Of a stretch of 64,000 bases of DNA, positions 16,457-27,177 are shown in pieces. Position numbers and translations under genes: made by a program. The notes under the pieces were generated by a model, which was not told where the DNA came from, ran no database searches, and saw only the letters and a program-made list of their open reading frames with translations. Source of the stretch: Escherichia phage Mansfield. The stretch lies in sequence record MK903282.1. The stretch is one strand, 5' to 3'. Numbering within the stretch: position 1 is the first letter of the stretch; every line of letters begins with the position of its first letter.

Positions 16457-17872
16457 ATGCAAACGGCACGCGAAATTGACAAAAATGGATTCTTGACGAT
16501 TGTGGGTTGTCCCATTTCGTCATTTGGCATTTTTGATTATTCTGCAGGTCAGGTTGGACTTGATGGTGATCCGAATCGCATCGTAAAAGTTTATCGCCCA
16601 GAGTCAGCGGTGAAAGACCCCGAAGCGATAGATTCATTCAAAAATATCCCTTTCATCGACAATCACGAAATGCTTTCTGGATTCGAAGGTGATGAGGATA
16701 ACACAGCACCCGAAGAGTATGGCGTTGATGGAGTTCTAACTGGCAATGTTTATTATGACAAGCCATGGATGCGCGGCGACCTTAAAGTGTTTAGCCGTCG
16801 TCTGAAGAAGGCCATCGACTCTGGAAAGGTTGACTTGTCTTTGGGCTATGACTGTGAATTCATCATACAGTCTGGAGAGTTTGACGGGCAGCCGTATGAA
16901 GTGGTGCAGACAACTCTTCGCGGCAACCACATTGCTCTCGTGGACGTTGGTCGAGTACCAGGTGCACGGGTGCTGGATGGTCGTTGCTTTGACCATCTTT
17001 GTTTGACGACTGTAACACCATCCAACGAGGATTTAGACATGCCAAAACCGTTAAAAGGTAAAGCGCGTGATAACGCTGTTGAACAGCTGAAATCACTGAT
17101 CCCTGCGCTCGAACAATTTCTGAATGAAGAGAGCACCGAAGCTGCTCATCAGGACGAAGTTGAAGTGAAAGCAGAAGAGAAGGATTCAACCGAAGAACGT
17201 GAAGAAGTGATGGTTGATCCAGAAGTCAAAGCAGAAGCTGAAGAGACTCCAGAAGGTGAAGAGAAGTTTGAAGTTGAAACTGAATCTCACGCTGGCGGCG
17301 AGCTTCCGCAACTGATCAGCCAAATCGAAGCACTTATTGCAAAACTGAAAGGTGGCGCGGTAGGTGATGAAGAAGAAGTTGAAGCCGAAGTCAAAGACGA
17401 AGAAGAAGTTGAAGTCAAGGCTGAAGATGTATCACCTTGCGACAAAGCTGAAGATGTGGTTAGCGGCCTGCAAAACAGCAACGTAAAGGGGGCTTCGGTC
17501 GAAAAAGATGACAAACCGACAAAAGCGGCGAAAGCGTCGCCAGGTCCAGCAAAAGGGGAACACTCAATGGCATCTGATTCAGCAGTTGCTGCTTTCTACG
17601 CTGATTCTGCTCGTAAGAATAGCCTCTACCAGCGCCTGTCTAAAGTTGTTGGTGCCTTTGATCATGCAACTATGGACTCCAAGTCCGTAGCGAAATATGG
17701 CGCTAAAAAGTTAGGCTTGAAGTGCGTTGATGGCGCTGAGTTTGACGTTGTGGATAACTATCTGCGCGGCGTTGAACACGGTCAAAAACAGCGTGTAGTC
17801 GCAAAACAAAAGGCCGCTGCGGATTCTGCAGCAACTGACGAAGCATTTGAAGCTTGGTTGAAAGGGGAATAA
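16457..17872 (+). CDS. putative scaffolding protein with acidic repeat region
   Basis: Start trimmed to 16457 (GAGGGTGG SD); conserved N-terminal block ...RGNHIALVDVGR...; central E/V/K-rich repeats (EEVEAEVKDEEEVEVKAED). Confidence 0.55.
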   Translation: MQTAREIDKNGFLTIVGCPISSFGIFDYSAGQVGLDGDPNRIVKVYRPESAVKDPEAIDSFKNIPFIDNHEMLSGFEGDEDNTAPEEYGVDGVLTGNVYYDKPWMRGDLKVFSRRLKKAIDSGKVDLSLGYDCEFIIQSGEFDGQPYEVVQTTLRGNHIALVDVGRVPGARVLDGRCFDHLCLTTVTPSNEDLDMPKPLKGKARDNAVEQLKSLIPALEQFLNEESTEAAHQDEVEVKAEEKDSTEEREEVMVDPEVKAEAEETPEGEEKFEVETESHAGGELPQLISQIEALIAKLKGGAVGDEEEVEAEVKDEEEVEVKAEDVSPCDKAEDVVSGLQNSNVKGASVEKDDKPTKAAKASPGPAKGEHSMASDSAVAAFYADSARKNSLYQRLSKVVGAFDHATMDSKSVAKYGAKKLGLKCVDGAEFDVVDNYLRGVEHGQKQRVVAKQKAAADSAATDEAFEAWLKGE

Positions 17873-17874
17873 AC

Positions 17875-18492
17875 ATGACTTTCCAAACTAGTGTAGGCCG
17901 TCAATATACAACTGGCTTTCCTGGCGACATCGTTCGCGACGGCCCACAGCGTGGGAAGCCAGGTCGAATCGTTAGCGCCAACGACGGTGCAAACGTAAAC
18001 GCCATCAGCCGTGTGTTCGGTTTTAAGGCTGACGTATCTTTAATGGGTACTGGCCAAACCAAAACTTTGGGCGCGCAGGACTTTGAAGTTGAGCTGGGCG
18101 GCACCAACTACTACGGCATCCTCGGTAATAGCAAGCGTTACGCGCTGTATGGCAACTCTACTGGTCCTTTGGGTGCCAGCATGGTTCTGCCTCAATATAG
18201 CGAAGGCGAGTTCTATGATATGTGCACGGGCCTCGTAGTTGAAGTATTCAACCCAAGCACCAGCCCGCAGACGCTGAACTACGGCGACCTGCTCGCTTAT
18301 GTACCTAAAGGCATTTCAAGCGTGAACAACCCGAACAACTTGCCTATTGGTGCAATTATCGCCTATACTGGCTCACTGCCAACTGGCATGGTTGCCATCC
18401 CAGGCGGTATTGTGATTGACCCGACTGCTATTGCCCTTTCCGGCCCAAGCGTCCAGTCTTCCACTTATACCATTGTACAATTGACTCGTTAA
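17875..18492 (+). CDS. putative head decoration/structural protein
   Basis: Between scaffold and capsid genes; start trimmed to 17875; Gly-rich. Confidence 0.4.
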   Translation: MTFQTSVGRQYTTGFPGDIVRDGPQRGKPGRIVSANDGANVNAISRVFGFKADVSLMGTGQTKTLGAQDFEVELGGTNYYGILGNSKRYALYGNSTGPLGASMVLPQYSEGEFYDMCTGLVVEVFNPSTSPQTLNYGDLLAYVPKGISSVNNPNNLPIGAIIAYTGSLPTGMVAIPGGIVIDPTAIALSGPSVQSSTYTIVQLTR

Positions 18493-18506
18493 TAGGCAGG
18501 TGAATA

Positions 18507-19646
18507 ATGACTCGCATTAGCCAAACACACTCTCGCCTCCCAGCGAGCAAGGTGCGCCCTTTTGATATGCAATCCGTGACCGACGCGGCTGTTTCCCAGC
18601 TTGCTCGTATCGGTATTGTGTTTGATTCCGCGATTGTGCGTGATCAGATTGAGCACTTAAACCGTGCAGGCGCTTTCCGCGTAGGTGACGCCGCGTTTAC
18701 CGCGCCGCAGACCACGCCATCAATCCCGACCCCGCTGCAGTTCCTGCAACAGTGGCTGCCTGGCTTCGTCAAAATCATGACCGCTGCCCGTAAAATTGAC
18801 GAGCTGGTTGGTATTGACACCGTTGGTCAGTGGGAAGATGCAGAAATCGTTCAGGGCATCGTTGAACCAGCTGGCACCGCAGTTGAATATGGTGATTTCA
18901 CTTCTATTCCTCTGGCAAGCTGGAACGTGAACTTTGAACGCCGTTCCATCGTTCGCGGTGAAATGGGCATGGCAGTCGGCATGCTGGAAGAAGGCCGCGC
19001 GTCTGCGATGCGTCTGAACTCCGCAGAGACCAAGCGCCAGCAGGCTGCTGTATCTCTGGAAATCATGCGTAACGCAATCGGCTTCTATGGTTGGTACAAC
19101 GGGAACAACCGCACGTTCGGCTTCCTGAATGATCCAAACCTGCCAGCGGCGATGACTTCAAACACCACTTCCGGCTGGGCTACTGCGACCTTCCAACAGG
19201 TGACTGCAGACATCCGTTTGATGGTTCGTCAAATTCGTGTAAACTCTCAGGATCAGATTGATCCAGAGAAGGTTGACATGACTCTGGCGTTGCCGACCAA
19301 CTCTATTGATTGGCTGTCAAACACCACAGACTTCGGTATTTCTGTACGTGACTGGATCACCCAGACTTATCCGAAGATGAAGATCAAATCTGCACCGGAA
19401 CTCAACGGCGCACTTGGCAGTGACCCGACTTTCCTGAACGTGGCATATCTGTACGCTGATCACATCGATTCCTCAATTGATGGATCAAGCGATGATGGTT
19501 CCGTATTCAGTCAGCTGGTCCAGACTAAGTTCATGACTCTGGGCGTTGAGAAACGTGCTAAGAGCTACGTTGAAGACTACGCAAACGCAACAGCAGGCGT
19601 TCTGCTCAAGCGTCCTTTCGCAGTCGTCCGTATGACTGGTATCTAA
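18507..19646 (+). CDS. putative major capsid protein
   Basis: 379 aa after scaffold and decoration-like genes; AGGTGA SD; followed by stem-loops. Confidence 0.55.
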   Translation: MTRISQTHSRLPASKVRPFDMQSVTDAAVSQLARIGIVFDSAIVRDQIEHLNRAGAFRVGDAAFTAPQTTPSIPTPLQFLQQWLPGFVKIMTAARKIDELVGIDTVGQWEDAEIVQGIVEPAGTAVEYGDFTSIPLASWNVNFERRSIVRGEMGMAVGMLEEGRASAMRLNSAETKRQQAAVSLEIMRNAIGFYGWYNGNNRTFGFLNDPNLPAAMTSNTTSGWATATFQQVTADIRLMVRQIRVNSQDQIDPEKVDMTLALPTNSIDWLSNTTDFGISVRDWITQTYPKMKIKSAPELNGALGSDPTFLNVAYLYADHIDSSIDGSSDDGSVFSQLVQTKFMTLGVEKRAKSYVEDYANATAGVLLKRPFAVVRMTGI

Positions 19647-19672
19647 TTGCTGTGATTACACAGTAAAACACA

Positions 19673-19703
19673 TGGGGCGTGGTCGAAAGGCTTCGCCCCA
19701 TAT
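19673..19703 (+). terminator. stem-loop after capsid gene, possible attenuator
   Basis: TGGGGCG...CGCCCCA stem 27 nt after the stop; weak U-tract. Confidence 0.3.
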
Positions 19704-19761
19704 CAATAGACCTCAAGGGCTGTAGGGGCTTATCTGAGGCTTATATAAATAGGACTACAAA

Positions 19762-20226
19762 ATGCCAAAATACATCGTTTCAACTATGTCTATGTCAGTC
19801 AACTACACTTTCTATACGGAAGTGAAAGAAAACCCGAACGCAAAAGCTGGTTCAGGCGCTCTTCCAAATATTCGAAAACAGATTCTGATCAAGGGCGGCG
19901 CTGGTCTTACTTCGGCAACTTCCGGCTTTGGTGAAATGGCAAAAGGCGCTGATGGTGCACCTTTGTGGACTCCTGAAGGAATCGTCACCGTTGTAAGCGA
20001 TGCTGATTTTGAACATCTAAAAGATCATCACGTATTCAAGCAACACCTTGAAAAAGGTCTGGTTAAAGTCGTAAATCACGACATCGTTGGCAATCACAAA
20101 GCTGTCGCTAAAGAAGTGCGCAGCATGTCAGATGACCCGTTCGCACCTATGACGCGTGAGACGGCTGACAAGCGCATCAAGGTTAAATTGAGCGGCGACC
20201 AAGAAGATGATTTGTTCCGCGTTTAA
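19762..20226 (+). CDS. hypothetical virion protein (154 aa)
   Basis: ORF in head module. Confidence 0.5.
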   Translation: MPKYIVSTMSMSVNYTFYTEVKENPNAKAGSGALPNIRKQILIKGGAGLTSATSGFGEMAKGADGAPLWTPEGIVTVVSDADFEHLKDHHVFKQHLEKGLVKVVNHDIVGNHKAVAKEVRSMSDDPFAPMTRETADKRIKVKLSGDQEDDLFRV

Positions 20227-20231
20227 ATAAG

Positions 20232-20696
20232 GTGAATGCCATGTCATTAGATTACGAAAAGTTCAGAATAAAATTTCCACAGTTTGCTGATCAGGTCAAA
20301 TTCCCTGACACAACGCTTCAAGTATTCTATGACATGGCATGTGAATTTATTGAATCACAAGACAGTCCTTGTCGTGTTTTAAATGGCAGTAAATTGGAGC
20401 TGGCATTGGAATATATGACGGCTCATCTTTTATGCATATCCGCAGACCAACAGGTGTCTGTGTCTTCTGGCGACGGAGTTGAACAAGGCGGCTTCGTGAC
20501 TGGTGCGACAATCGGTGACATCACCGTGAATAAGGTAGCGCCGCCTGCGAGTGATGGTTGGGAATACTGGCTTTCAAGCACTCCTTATGGTATGGCGCTT
20601 TGGGCGCTTCTGCAAGCACTGGCTGTCGGCGGCTTGTCGTTTGGCGGTCTTCCAGAGCGCGAAGGATTCCGTAAAATTGGTGGGGTATTCTGGTGA
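20232..20696 (+). CDS. putative head-tail connector protein
   Basis: Position and size; N-terminal YEKFRIKFPQFAD... Confidence 0.4.
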   Translation: MNAMSLDYEKFRIKFPQFADQVKFPDTTLQVFYDMACEFIESQDSPCRVLNGSKLELALEYMTAHLLCISADQQVSVSSGDGVEQGGFVTGATIGDITVNKVAPPASDGWEYWLSSTPYGMALWALLQALAVGGLSFGGLPEREGFRKIGGVFW

Positions 20697-21079
20697 GGAT
20701 TCCTGGCGTAAACTTATATCGAGTTGCGACAAAGGTCATCGGTCGCCAACCGATTCAATATTACATGTACAAGGGGCGTACTCTTGATAAGATGCGCAAC
20801 TATGTTACCACATATGAAGAACCAATCACCCTGCTTGCTTCGGTGCAGGCTGTACTTCGAAATCAATACGTTGAGCTTGGATTAGAGCTTCAAAAGAACT
20901 ATGTCAAAATTTGGGTAGACAAAGACATTGTTGACCTTGACCGTGACGCTTCCGGCGACTATTTTGTGTTTGGTGGGAAAACGTATAAAATGGAAGATGA
21001 AACGACATGGTTTGACCAAGATGGTTGGACGTCTTGCCTTGCCGTGGAAGTAAAACAAAGCTTTCCAGTGTCTACTTGA
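20693..21079 (+). CDS. putative head-tail joining protein (128 aa)
   Basis: Overlapping start/stop with neighbours. Confidence 0.4.
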   Translation: MRIPGVNLYRVATKVIGRQPIQYYMYKGRTLDKMRNYVTTYEEPITLLASVQAVLRNQYVELGLELQKNYVKIWVDKDIVDLDRDASGDYFVFGGKTYKMEDETTWFDQDGWTSCLAVEVKQSFPVST

Positions 21080-21080
21080 G

Positions 21081-21662
21081 GTGTATATGACAGATGTCGA
21101 CCTGATTGACATGCTGGCAACGCGAATTGAAGAAGGTCTGGCGGCGTATAGTCGTGCAGACCTTTCTGCTGTTCCGGTCCAGAAAAAGTATCAACCGACT
21201 CAACAGGGTATTCCGACTGGTGACCAAATTTGGTTTAACCTTTTATTCTCAGTTCCGTTTGGATGGTCAATGAGGAAAAGTGAATTTGTCAATGATGAGT
21301 CTCAATTTGTAAACGGAAAATTCAAAGATGTTGAAGATCAAATATACGCCACACGTTTTCAAATCAGCGGCTTATTTCCAGAAGTTCCTGGCAATCCAGA
21401 AAAGCCTACTGCTAATGACGTGTTGACTTATTTGGCAAGATTCATAACTCATAAAGCTAATCTGAGAGATTGGTTCAAAAAGCACCAAGCTTCAGTATAT
21501 CGAATCGACATGAATAATAATGAAAAGTTTTATGATGACATGTCTCAATTTGAATCATTCCCTTCTTTTGATTTAGTAATACTTCACAGAAACGCAATTT
21601 CAATTGATACTCCTGCAGTGGCAAGAGCTGTTAATAATGACTTGGGTGACGTTCCGGTGTGA
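21081..21662 (+). CDS. hypothetical structural protein (193 aa)
   Basis: ORF. Confidence 0.45.
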   Translation: MYMTDVDLIDMLATRIEEGLAAYSRADLSAVPVQKKYQPTQQGIPTGDQIWFNLLFSVPFGWSMRKSEFVNDESQFVNGKFKDVEDQIYATRFQISGLFPEVPGNPEKPTANDVLTYLARFITHKANLRDWFKKHQASVYRIDMNNNEKFYDDMSQFESFPSFDLVILHRNAISIDTPAVARAVNNDLGDVPV

Positions 21663-21663
21663 T

Positions 21664-22149
21664 ATGACAAAATCAAAAATGATAGAAAAACAGATAAAGG
21701 CGCTTCAATCGATGAAGGGTCTTACTGTCGAGGCAGGATGGTTTGATTCTACCAGATACCCTTCAGAAACTGGTGGAGAAGGAATGTTGGTGTCAGAAGT
21801 CGCGCGGCTTAATGAATTTGGTCACATAGCCGTTTTGAACTTTGGACAAGGGCCAGTCAGGGTAGAAGTTCCACCCAGACCATTCATGAGATATGCCTAT
21901 GAATTATTCGTTAGTGAGCGCAGTGAAATAGAGAATAAAATTGCTAAAAAAATTTTTTCCGGTAAAATAGACGCTAGACAGGCATTAGGTCAAATTGGGC
22001 TTGCGATGGAAGCAAAGATTGTCGAATCAATTAAAAACGGACCTTGGCAAAGAAACGCCAGATACACCGTGCGTGTGAAAGGATTCGACAAACCTTTAAT
22101 TCACAGCAGCCTTATGTGGCAATCTGTCAACAGCCAAGTCATTAAATAA
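21664..22149 (+). CDS. hypothetical structural protein (161 aa)
   Basis: ORF 21604..22149 trimmed to the ATG after the upstream stop. Confidence 0.4.
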   Translation: MTKSKMIEKQIKALQSMKGLTVEAGWFDSTRYPSETGGEGMLVSEVARLNEFGHIAVLNFGQGPVRVEVPPRPFMRYAYELFVSERSEIENKIAKKIFSGKIDARQALGQIGLAMEAKIVESIKNGPWQRNARYTVRVKGFDKPLIHSSLMWQSVNSQVIK

Positions 22150-22161
22150 GAGGACACCGAC

Positions 22162-23700
22162 GTGATCAGTCAATCTCGTTATATTAAAATTGTATCAGGG
22201 GTCGGAGCAGGCGCGGCTGTTGCAGTTCGCAAACTGTCGCTTCGCGTCATGACTTCTAATACAGTTCTGCCGCCAGGCATTGTAGCAGAATTTTCAACTG
22301 CTGATGCCGTTGGATCATATTTCGGTTTTTCTTCCGAAGAATACAAGCGCGCAGCACTGTATTTTGGATTCATTAGCAAGCAAATCAACTCGCCTGATTC
22401 AATCAGCTTCTCGCGTATTGTTTCAACTGCGATTCCAGCAATGGTAATCGGTGATACTGAGCCTAAAGTGCTTGCTACGTTTCAAGCATTCACTGGCGCT
22501 ATCTTAAGCATCACTTACGATGGCACAGACTACCTGACTGACGCAATTAACCTTTCAGCGGCGACAAGTCTGGCAAATGTTGCTGAACTTCTGGAAACGG
22601 CAATCAATACTAAATTCGCAGCAGAAGGTGGCACATCGGTGCCTGCACTTGCTGATGCAGAAGTGTATTGGAATGCTAACACTCAGCAGTTCACGCTGGA
22701 AGCAGCGCCGTCGACCGCTGGTGCAGGAAATCTGTCTATCAACGTCACAGGCCAACCGACCGACCCGTCTCAAGCATTGGGTTGGACCACCACTGGAACC
22801 GTAACTGTTGCAGGCCAGGGCGTTTCAAGTCCGGTAGAAGCAATCGCAGCATCTGTGGAAATCTCCAACAACTTTGGCTCATTCCTTTTTGCTGGGGCTG
22901 ACCGAACTCTGGAAGAAATTACCGCTGTGGCAGCGTGGACTCATTCGCAGAATAATATGTACATGTATTTATTCTCGACTTCGTTCGCCAATATCGGGTC
23001 ATACTACACCGCTCTGAAAGGGTACTCAGGTGTTGGCATGATGATTCGCGCAACTAACCTTGCCAACGATTACATCGACCAAGCGCCTGCTGAAATCCTC
23101 GCGGCAACAAACTATAATACTGTAAATGCAACTCAAAACTACATGTATTATCAGTTTGACACTCGCAACGTGACTGTTTCAACTGACTCTCGCGCAGATA
23201 CTGCTGATCAAAACCGTGCCAACTACATCGGCGCTACTCAGCAGGCCGGACAAACATTGGCGTTCTTCCAGCGCGGTGTATTGATGGGCGGGTCAACTGC
23301 AGCAGTCGATATGAACACTTATGCCAACGAGATGTGGCTCAAGTCCGCTATTACATCTCAGCTGTTCAGCATGTTCTTGAATCTGGGTCGCGTCCCTGCT
23401 AACGAAGAAGGGAAAGCAACTGTACAAGCCATGATTCAGGTTGCTGTGGATAACGCAAAAGTAAACGGCACCATCTCTGTTGGCAAGGCGCTGACTGAGA
23501 TTCAGAAACAATACATCACGCAAACTTCCGGTGACAACACTGCTTGGCGGCAGGTTGAAACTATCGGTTACTGGCTGACTGTAGATTTTGATACTGAAAC
23601 CACTTCCGATGGGCGCACCGAATACTATGCAACATACACGCTAATCTACTCTAAAGATGATGCTGTGCGTCGCGTTGAAGGTCGTGACGTTCTTATCTAA
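22162..23700 (+). CDS. putative tail sheath protein
   Basis: 512 aa immediately upstream of tube-like proteins and tape measure. Confidence 0.55.
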   Translation: MISQSRYIKIVSGVGAGAAVAVRKLSLRVMTSNTVLPPGIVAEFSTADAVGSYFGFSSEEYKRAALYFGFISKQINSPDSISFSRIVSTAIPAMVIGDTEPKVLATFQAFTGAILSITYDGTDYLTDAINLSAATSLANVAELLETAINTKFAAEGGTSVPALADAEVYWNANTQQFTLEAAPSTAGAGNLSINVTGQPTDPSQALGWTTTGTVTVAGQGVSSPVEAIAASVEISNNFGSFLFAGADRTLEEITAVAAWTHSQNNMYMYLFSTSFANIGSYYTALKGYSGVGMMIRATNLANDYIDQAPAEILAATNYNTVNATQNYMYYQFDTRNVTVSTDSRADTADQNRANYIGATQQAGQTLAFFQRGVLMGGSTAAVDMNTYANEMWLKSAITSQLFSMFLNLGRVPANEEGKATVQAMIQVAVDNAKVNGTISVGKALTEIQKQYITQTSGDNTAWRQVETIGYWLTVDFDTETTSDGRTEYYATYTLIYSKDDAVRRVEGRDVLI

Positions 23701-23747
23701 ATAATTGCCGCCGTAACTGGCGGCCATCTCTCTGAGAGGAATCTGTA

Positions 23748-24215
23748 ATGATTAACGTTTCCGGTTTTGGCGCTTCGATTCGTTTAGTGGCATCAAACAC
23801 TTTTCCAAATGGTGTAACTCTTTCTGATTTCGCAGATGATGCTGATCCGATTGACGCGCCTGATCTTCAAATCTCTGAAGCAGCAATGGGATTGAACGGT
23901 GACCTGGTAGTCTGGAACCGTGCCAACCCTCTTGAAGTAGGCGTCAACATCATCCCTACTTCTGAAAGCGATGTGAACTTAGATGTTCTGGCTGCGGCTA
24001 ACCGTGTAGGCAAGCGCAAGAACTCTGCGAAAGATGTGATCACCCTTATTCTGACCTATCCTTCTGGCATGGTCATCACATTGAACAAGGGCACTTTGAC
24101 GACTGGTTCAGTGATTCCTGGCATCCAGTCTCAGGGTCGTGTAAAAACACGTCAATATCGCTTTAAGTTTGAGAACGTAGTCAAAACTGGCGTGAGCAAC
24201 CAAGAGATTTTATAA
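23748..24215 (+). CDS. putative tail tube protein
   Basis: 155 aa after the sheath; paralogous to 25166..25663. Confidence 0.5.
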   Translation: MINVSGFGASIRLVASNTFPNGVTLSDFADDADPIDAPDLQISEAAMGLNGDLVVWNRANPLEVGVNIIPTSESDVNLDVLAAANRVGKRKNSAKDVITLILTYPSGMVITLNKGTLTTGSVIPGIQSQGRVKTRQYRFKFENVVKTGVSNQEIL

Positions 24216-24544
24216 TGTATCAAATACCACTTGACAGCGTACCTAACCAGAATATCAGCTTTAACGTTGACGGTGCTTATTGGCAGCTGCACATATTCGC
24301 CGCAATTGATCACATGTGCGCAGATGTTTACCGCAATGGCGAACTGTTGATTCAGGGGGTGCGTTGTTTTGGTGGTATACCAATGGTGCCTTATAAATAT
24401 CTCATGATTGGGTACGGCAACTTTATTTTTGACAGCGTACCCGATTATGAGAATTTTAACTCTGGCGGCTGTAATTTATATTACATGTCAGAATCTGAGT
24501 TGGCTGAATTCCAGAAGACTGCTGAAGCGGAGTTTGCAATTTGA
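24215..24544 (+). CDS. hypothetical tail protein (109 aa)
   Basis: ORF. Confidence 0.45.
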   Translation: MYQIPLDSVPNQNISFNVDGAYWQLHIFAAIDHMCADVYRNGELLIQGVRCFGGIPMVPYKYLMIGYGNFIFDSVPDYENFNSGGCNLYYMSESELAEFQKTAEAEFAI

Positions 24545-24897
24545 CGACTCTAACGATTGAAGTTGATGATAACAACGACCTGTTTCTGCCTGATGGAAGA
24601 AATTTGAATATTCTGTCAGGAGAGAAGGCTATGGTACAAGTCATCAAGGCGGCGCATCAAATGCGACTTGGTGAAGACTTGTACGATGTTGAAAACGGAG
24701 TCGATTATTTAGGAACTGTTTTCAAATCGCCCGTTGATGAAGACGGTGCGAGAAAGTCGATTGCAGATGCTATTCTGAAGAAAGCAGACGTTGCCGGAAT
24801 CGACTCATTGACTGTCACCATCCAAAACGGTATTCTTGGATTCACCGCTGAAGTGGTGACTATTTATGGCGAACGTATAAAGGTGAGTAATCAATAA
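24541..24897 (+). CDS. hypothetical tail protein (118 aa)
   Basis: ORF with TTG start, overlapping previous stop. Confidence 0.4.
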   Translation: MTTLTIEVDDNNDLFLPDGRNLNILSGEKAMVQVIKAAHQMRLGEDLYDVENGVDYLGTVFKSPVDEDGARKSIADAILKKADVAGIDSLTVTIQNGILGFTAEVVTIYGERIKVSNQ

Positions 24898-25163
24898 TGG
24901 CACAAGTAATTCATTTTGCTAATGGCGTCATGAAATTTGGCGAAAAATTTGAAGACGCATCGGAATTATTCAACAAGACTTCAAATCCTGTTGCGGAGAA
25001 GAAAGAACAGGTCGAAGAGAAGACATTAGAGTCGAAAGTTGATTTTGATTCAATGAGCGTCTCTGAATTGAAGGCTTATGCAAAGGAACATGAGATTGAC
25101 ATCAAAGGTCTTTCTTATAAGGATGAAATTATTGCGGCAGTTAAATCTGCATCTGCGGAGTAA
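24897..25163 (+). CDS. hypothetical protein (88 aa)
   Basis: ORF. Confidence 0.45.
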   Translation: MAQVIHFANGVMKFGEKFEDASELFNKTSNPVAEKKEQVEEKTLESKVDFDSMSVSELKAYAKEHEIDIKGLSYKDEIIAAVKSASAE

Positions 25164-25165
25164 AT

Positions 25166-25663
25166 ATGGTCAATATTAGTGGATTTGGCACAAGCATTAG
25201 AATTGTCGCTCTTCAATCTTTTCCTGTTGGGCTGAATATCAGTTCTTTGTCTGATGACCAGGATTCGCTAATTATTGAGGAAGTTGAATCAGTAGGCTAT
25301 CAACTTACTTATGACGGCGGCATTTGTATTTACGACAAGGCCGCCGTCGTTCGCGTATCCATTGCGGTGATCCCAAACACTGAAGACGACATAAACCTAA
25401 AGCTTTTGCTTTCCGCTCGTAAAGGCGGATTCAAGTGGCTTCCTATACAGGATGTCACGTCAATGCTTATTACATATCCTGATGGCGGCAGAGTGGCGTT
25501 TTCAAACGGAACCATCATCAGCGGTCCGCTTGGCGACTCCATTGAGCAATCCGGTCGTCGTAAGACAAACAGATACACATTCGTGTTTGCCAGCTACGGC
25601 GGCGCACAGAGCACATCGCAAATTGCAAAAGGCGTGGTGCAGAGCATATTGGGGTCAATTTAA
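25166..25663 (+). CDS. tail tube-like protein, paralog of 23748..24215
   Basis: Shared N-terminus M(I/V)N(V/I)SGFG(A/T)SIR(L/I)VA and colinear similarity. Confidence 0.5.
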   Translation: MVNISGFGTSIRIVALQSFPVGLNISSLSDDQDSLIIEEVESVGYQLTYDGGICIYDKAAVVRVSIAVIPNTEDDINLKLLLSARKGGFKWLPIQDVTSMLITYPDGGRVAFSNGTIISGPLGDSIEQSGRRKTNRYTFVFASYGGAQSTSQIAKGVVQSILGSI

Positions 25664-26196
25664 TGGCTATCGATTTATTGTCATATAGTCTTTCCAACAG
25701 AAGCTTCACAATAAGAAGCTTCAACCTTGGGGAAGTATCAACGCTTGGTTGGGCAATTGTTAACGTTAAAATAAGACTCCAAGCGAAGATATTCAAGAAC
25801 CAAAGGGAAGATGGAAGCTATATTGTCGATGGCAGAGTCAAAATGCCTAGAATATTGACTGTGACTGTAATAGCACAGACAAAAAGCGCATCCGACGCAA
25901 TCGCAAAGATGTTGCAGAACAGGTCCACGATATACACAATAAATTCTCGTGGGCTAATATTTGAACGTATGGTGCTGCAAAATAACAATTTCAGCCAAGA
26001 TGCTGACAATATAACTTCACAACCCATACAACTGGTATTCCACGAGATATTAACACAGCAGGATGTGTCTATTCAAACAGCGCAAGCAGCCGACTCTACT
26101 GTCATTGAGCGCGGCATCGCTTATATAAAAGAAACTACTGCCAGCGTCACTGGCGTTGCAACAAAGGTGATGAATGGCATCAAGGGGATGTTCTGA
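25663..26196 (+). CDS. hypothetical tail protein (177 aa)
   Basis: ORF. Confidence 0.45.
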   Translation: MAIDLLSYSLSNRSFTIRSFNLGEVSTLGWAIVNVKIRLQAKIFKNQREDGSYIVDGRVKMPRILTVTVIAQTKSASDAIAKMLQNRSTIYTINSRGLIFERMVLQNNNFSQDADNITSQPIQLVFHEILTQQDVSIQTAQAADSTVIERGIAYIKETTASVTGVATKVMNGIKGMF

Positions 26197-26756
26197 TGGA
26201 CTTTGTTTCGATTCTGCTTTCTGGTCAATCTCTGACCATAACGAATGAGTCGACAGGGCTTCCTGTCTGGACAAGGCTTTCTCCAGTGTCTGCAGAAATA
26301 ACATCACCAGCAGAAACTACTCAATTTCCACTTGCTGGAACGGCAATGCAGGTGGTGGAAGTATCAAGCACATCCTCAGTAAGCAATTTACAGGCGGCAA
26401 AAGTTATTATGCCAGCGCACATGGCGCTAAACGTAATTTGCAATGACCAATCGACTATTGAAAACATAATTAATGCATTCGAAAATGATGAATTTACATT
26501 TTCAATAACTTCTCGAAGCATAATTGCAAGCAAAATGTCGATGTCTGATGTTGAAATAACTCAGTCAGAAGAAAACCTGAATGGAGTATCAATTGTAATA
26601 ACATTTGAACAGACGTCATTTAGTATTCAAGGAAGCTTTGATCCTAAACAGTCCGCAGATGAATCGTCAAATGGCGTGGCTATTAAAGAGCCAGTCAGTT
26701 TGACTACAACTGTGAGTTCGTTATATAATAAAATAAAATCAACAGTAGGAATATAA
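26196..26756 (+). CDS. hypothetical tail protein (186 aa)
   Basis: ORF. Confidence 0.45.
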   Translation: MDFVSILLSGQSLTITNESTGLPVWTRLSPVSAEITSPAETTQFPLAGTAMQVVEVSSTSSVSNLQAAKVIMPAHMALNVICNDQSTIENIINAFENDEFTFSITSRSIIASKMSMSDVEITQSEENLNGVSIVITFEQTSFSIQGSFDPKQSADESSNGVAIKEPVSLTTTVSSLYNKIKSTVGI

Positions 26757-26757
26757 A

Positions 26758-27174
26758 ATGAAGATCACCAATAAACAAACTGGTCGTAAAGTAGAAATTA
26801 AAATCAGCAAAATGACTGCGATGGAAGGTTGGAACATACAACGCCGATTTATCGAATTTGCGATGTCAAAAGACCCTGCCTTTCGTTCAGAATACACAAT
26901 GGAAGTATTAAACTTTGCAAAGGTTGAACTTGATGTCGGGCAAGAAATTCCTCTGAGTACTGGCGCACTTATTGACAACCATCTTGGCGACTGGGAAAAC
27001 TTGAAATTGGTTTTCGAAGCAGTGTTGATGGAAAACGGAATCAACCCAGAGACTCACGCTGAACGTGAAGGATACTGGGAACAAGCTGGCGGCGAAATGG
27101 CTGCAGCGTTTATTGGCGAATCGATGCGATTAATCGCGCCATTCCTCAGCGGCGAGACTCCAAACAAGGGGTAA
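26758..27174 (+). CDS. putative tail assembly chaperone (138 aa)
   Basis: Position directly upstream of tape measure. Confidence 0.4.
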   Translation: MKITNKQTGRKVEIKISKMTAMEGWNIQRRFIEFAMSKDPAFRSEYTMEVLNFAKVELDVGQEIPLSTGALIDNHLGDWENLKLVFEAVLMENGINPETHAEREGYWEQAGGEMAAAFIGESMRLIAPFLSGETPNKG

Positions 27175-27177
27175 ACT

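Noticed and set aside
26196-27177. Programmed -1 frameshift in the chaperone genes upstream of the tape measure gene
   Set aside because: No convincing slippery heptamer (XXXYYYZ) found by eye near the 3' ends; cannot be excluded without computation.
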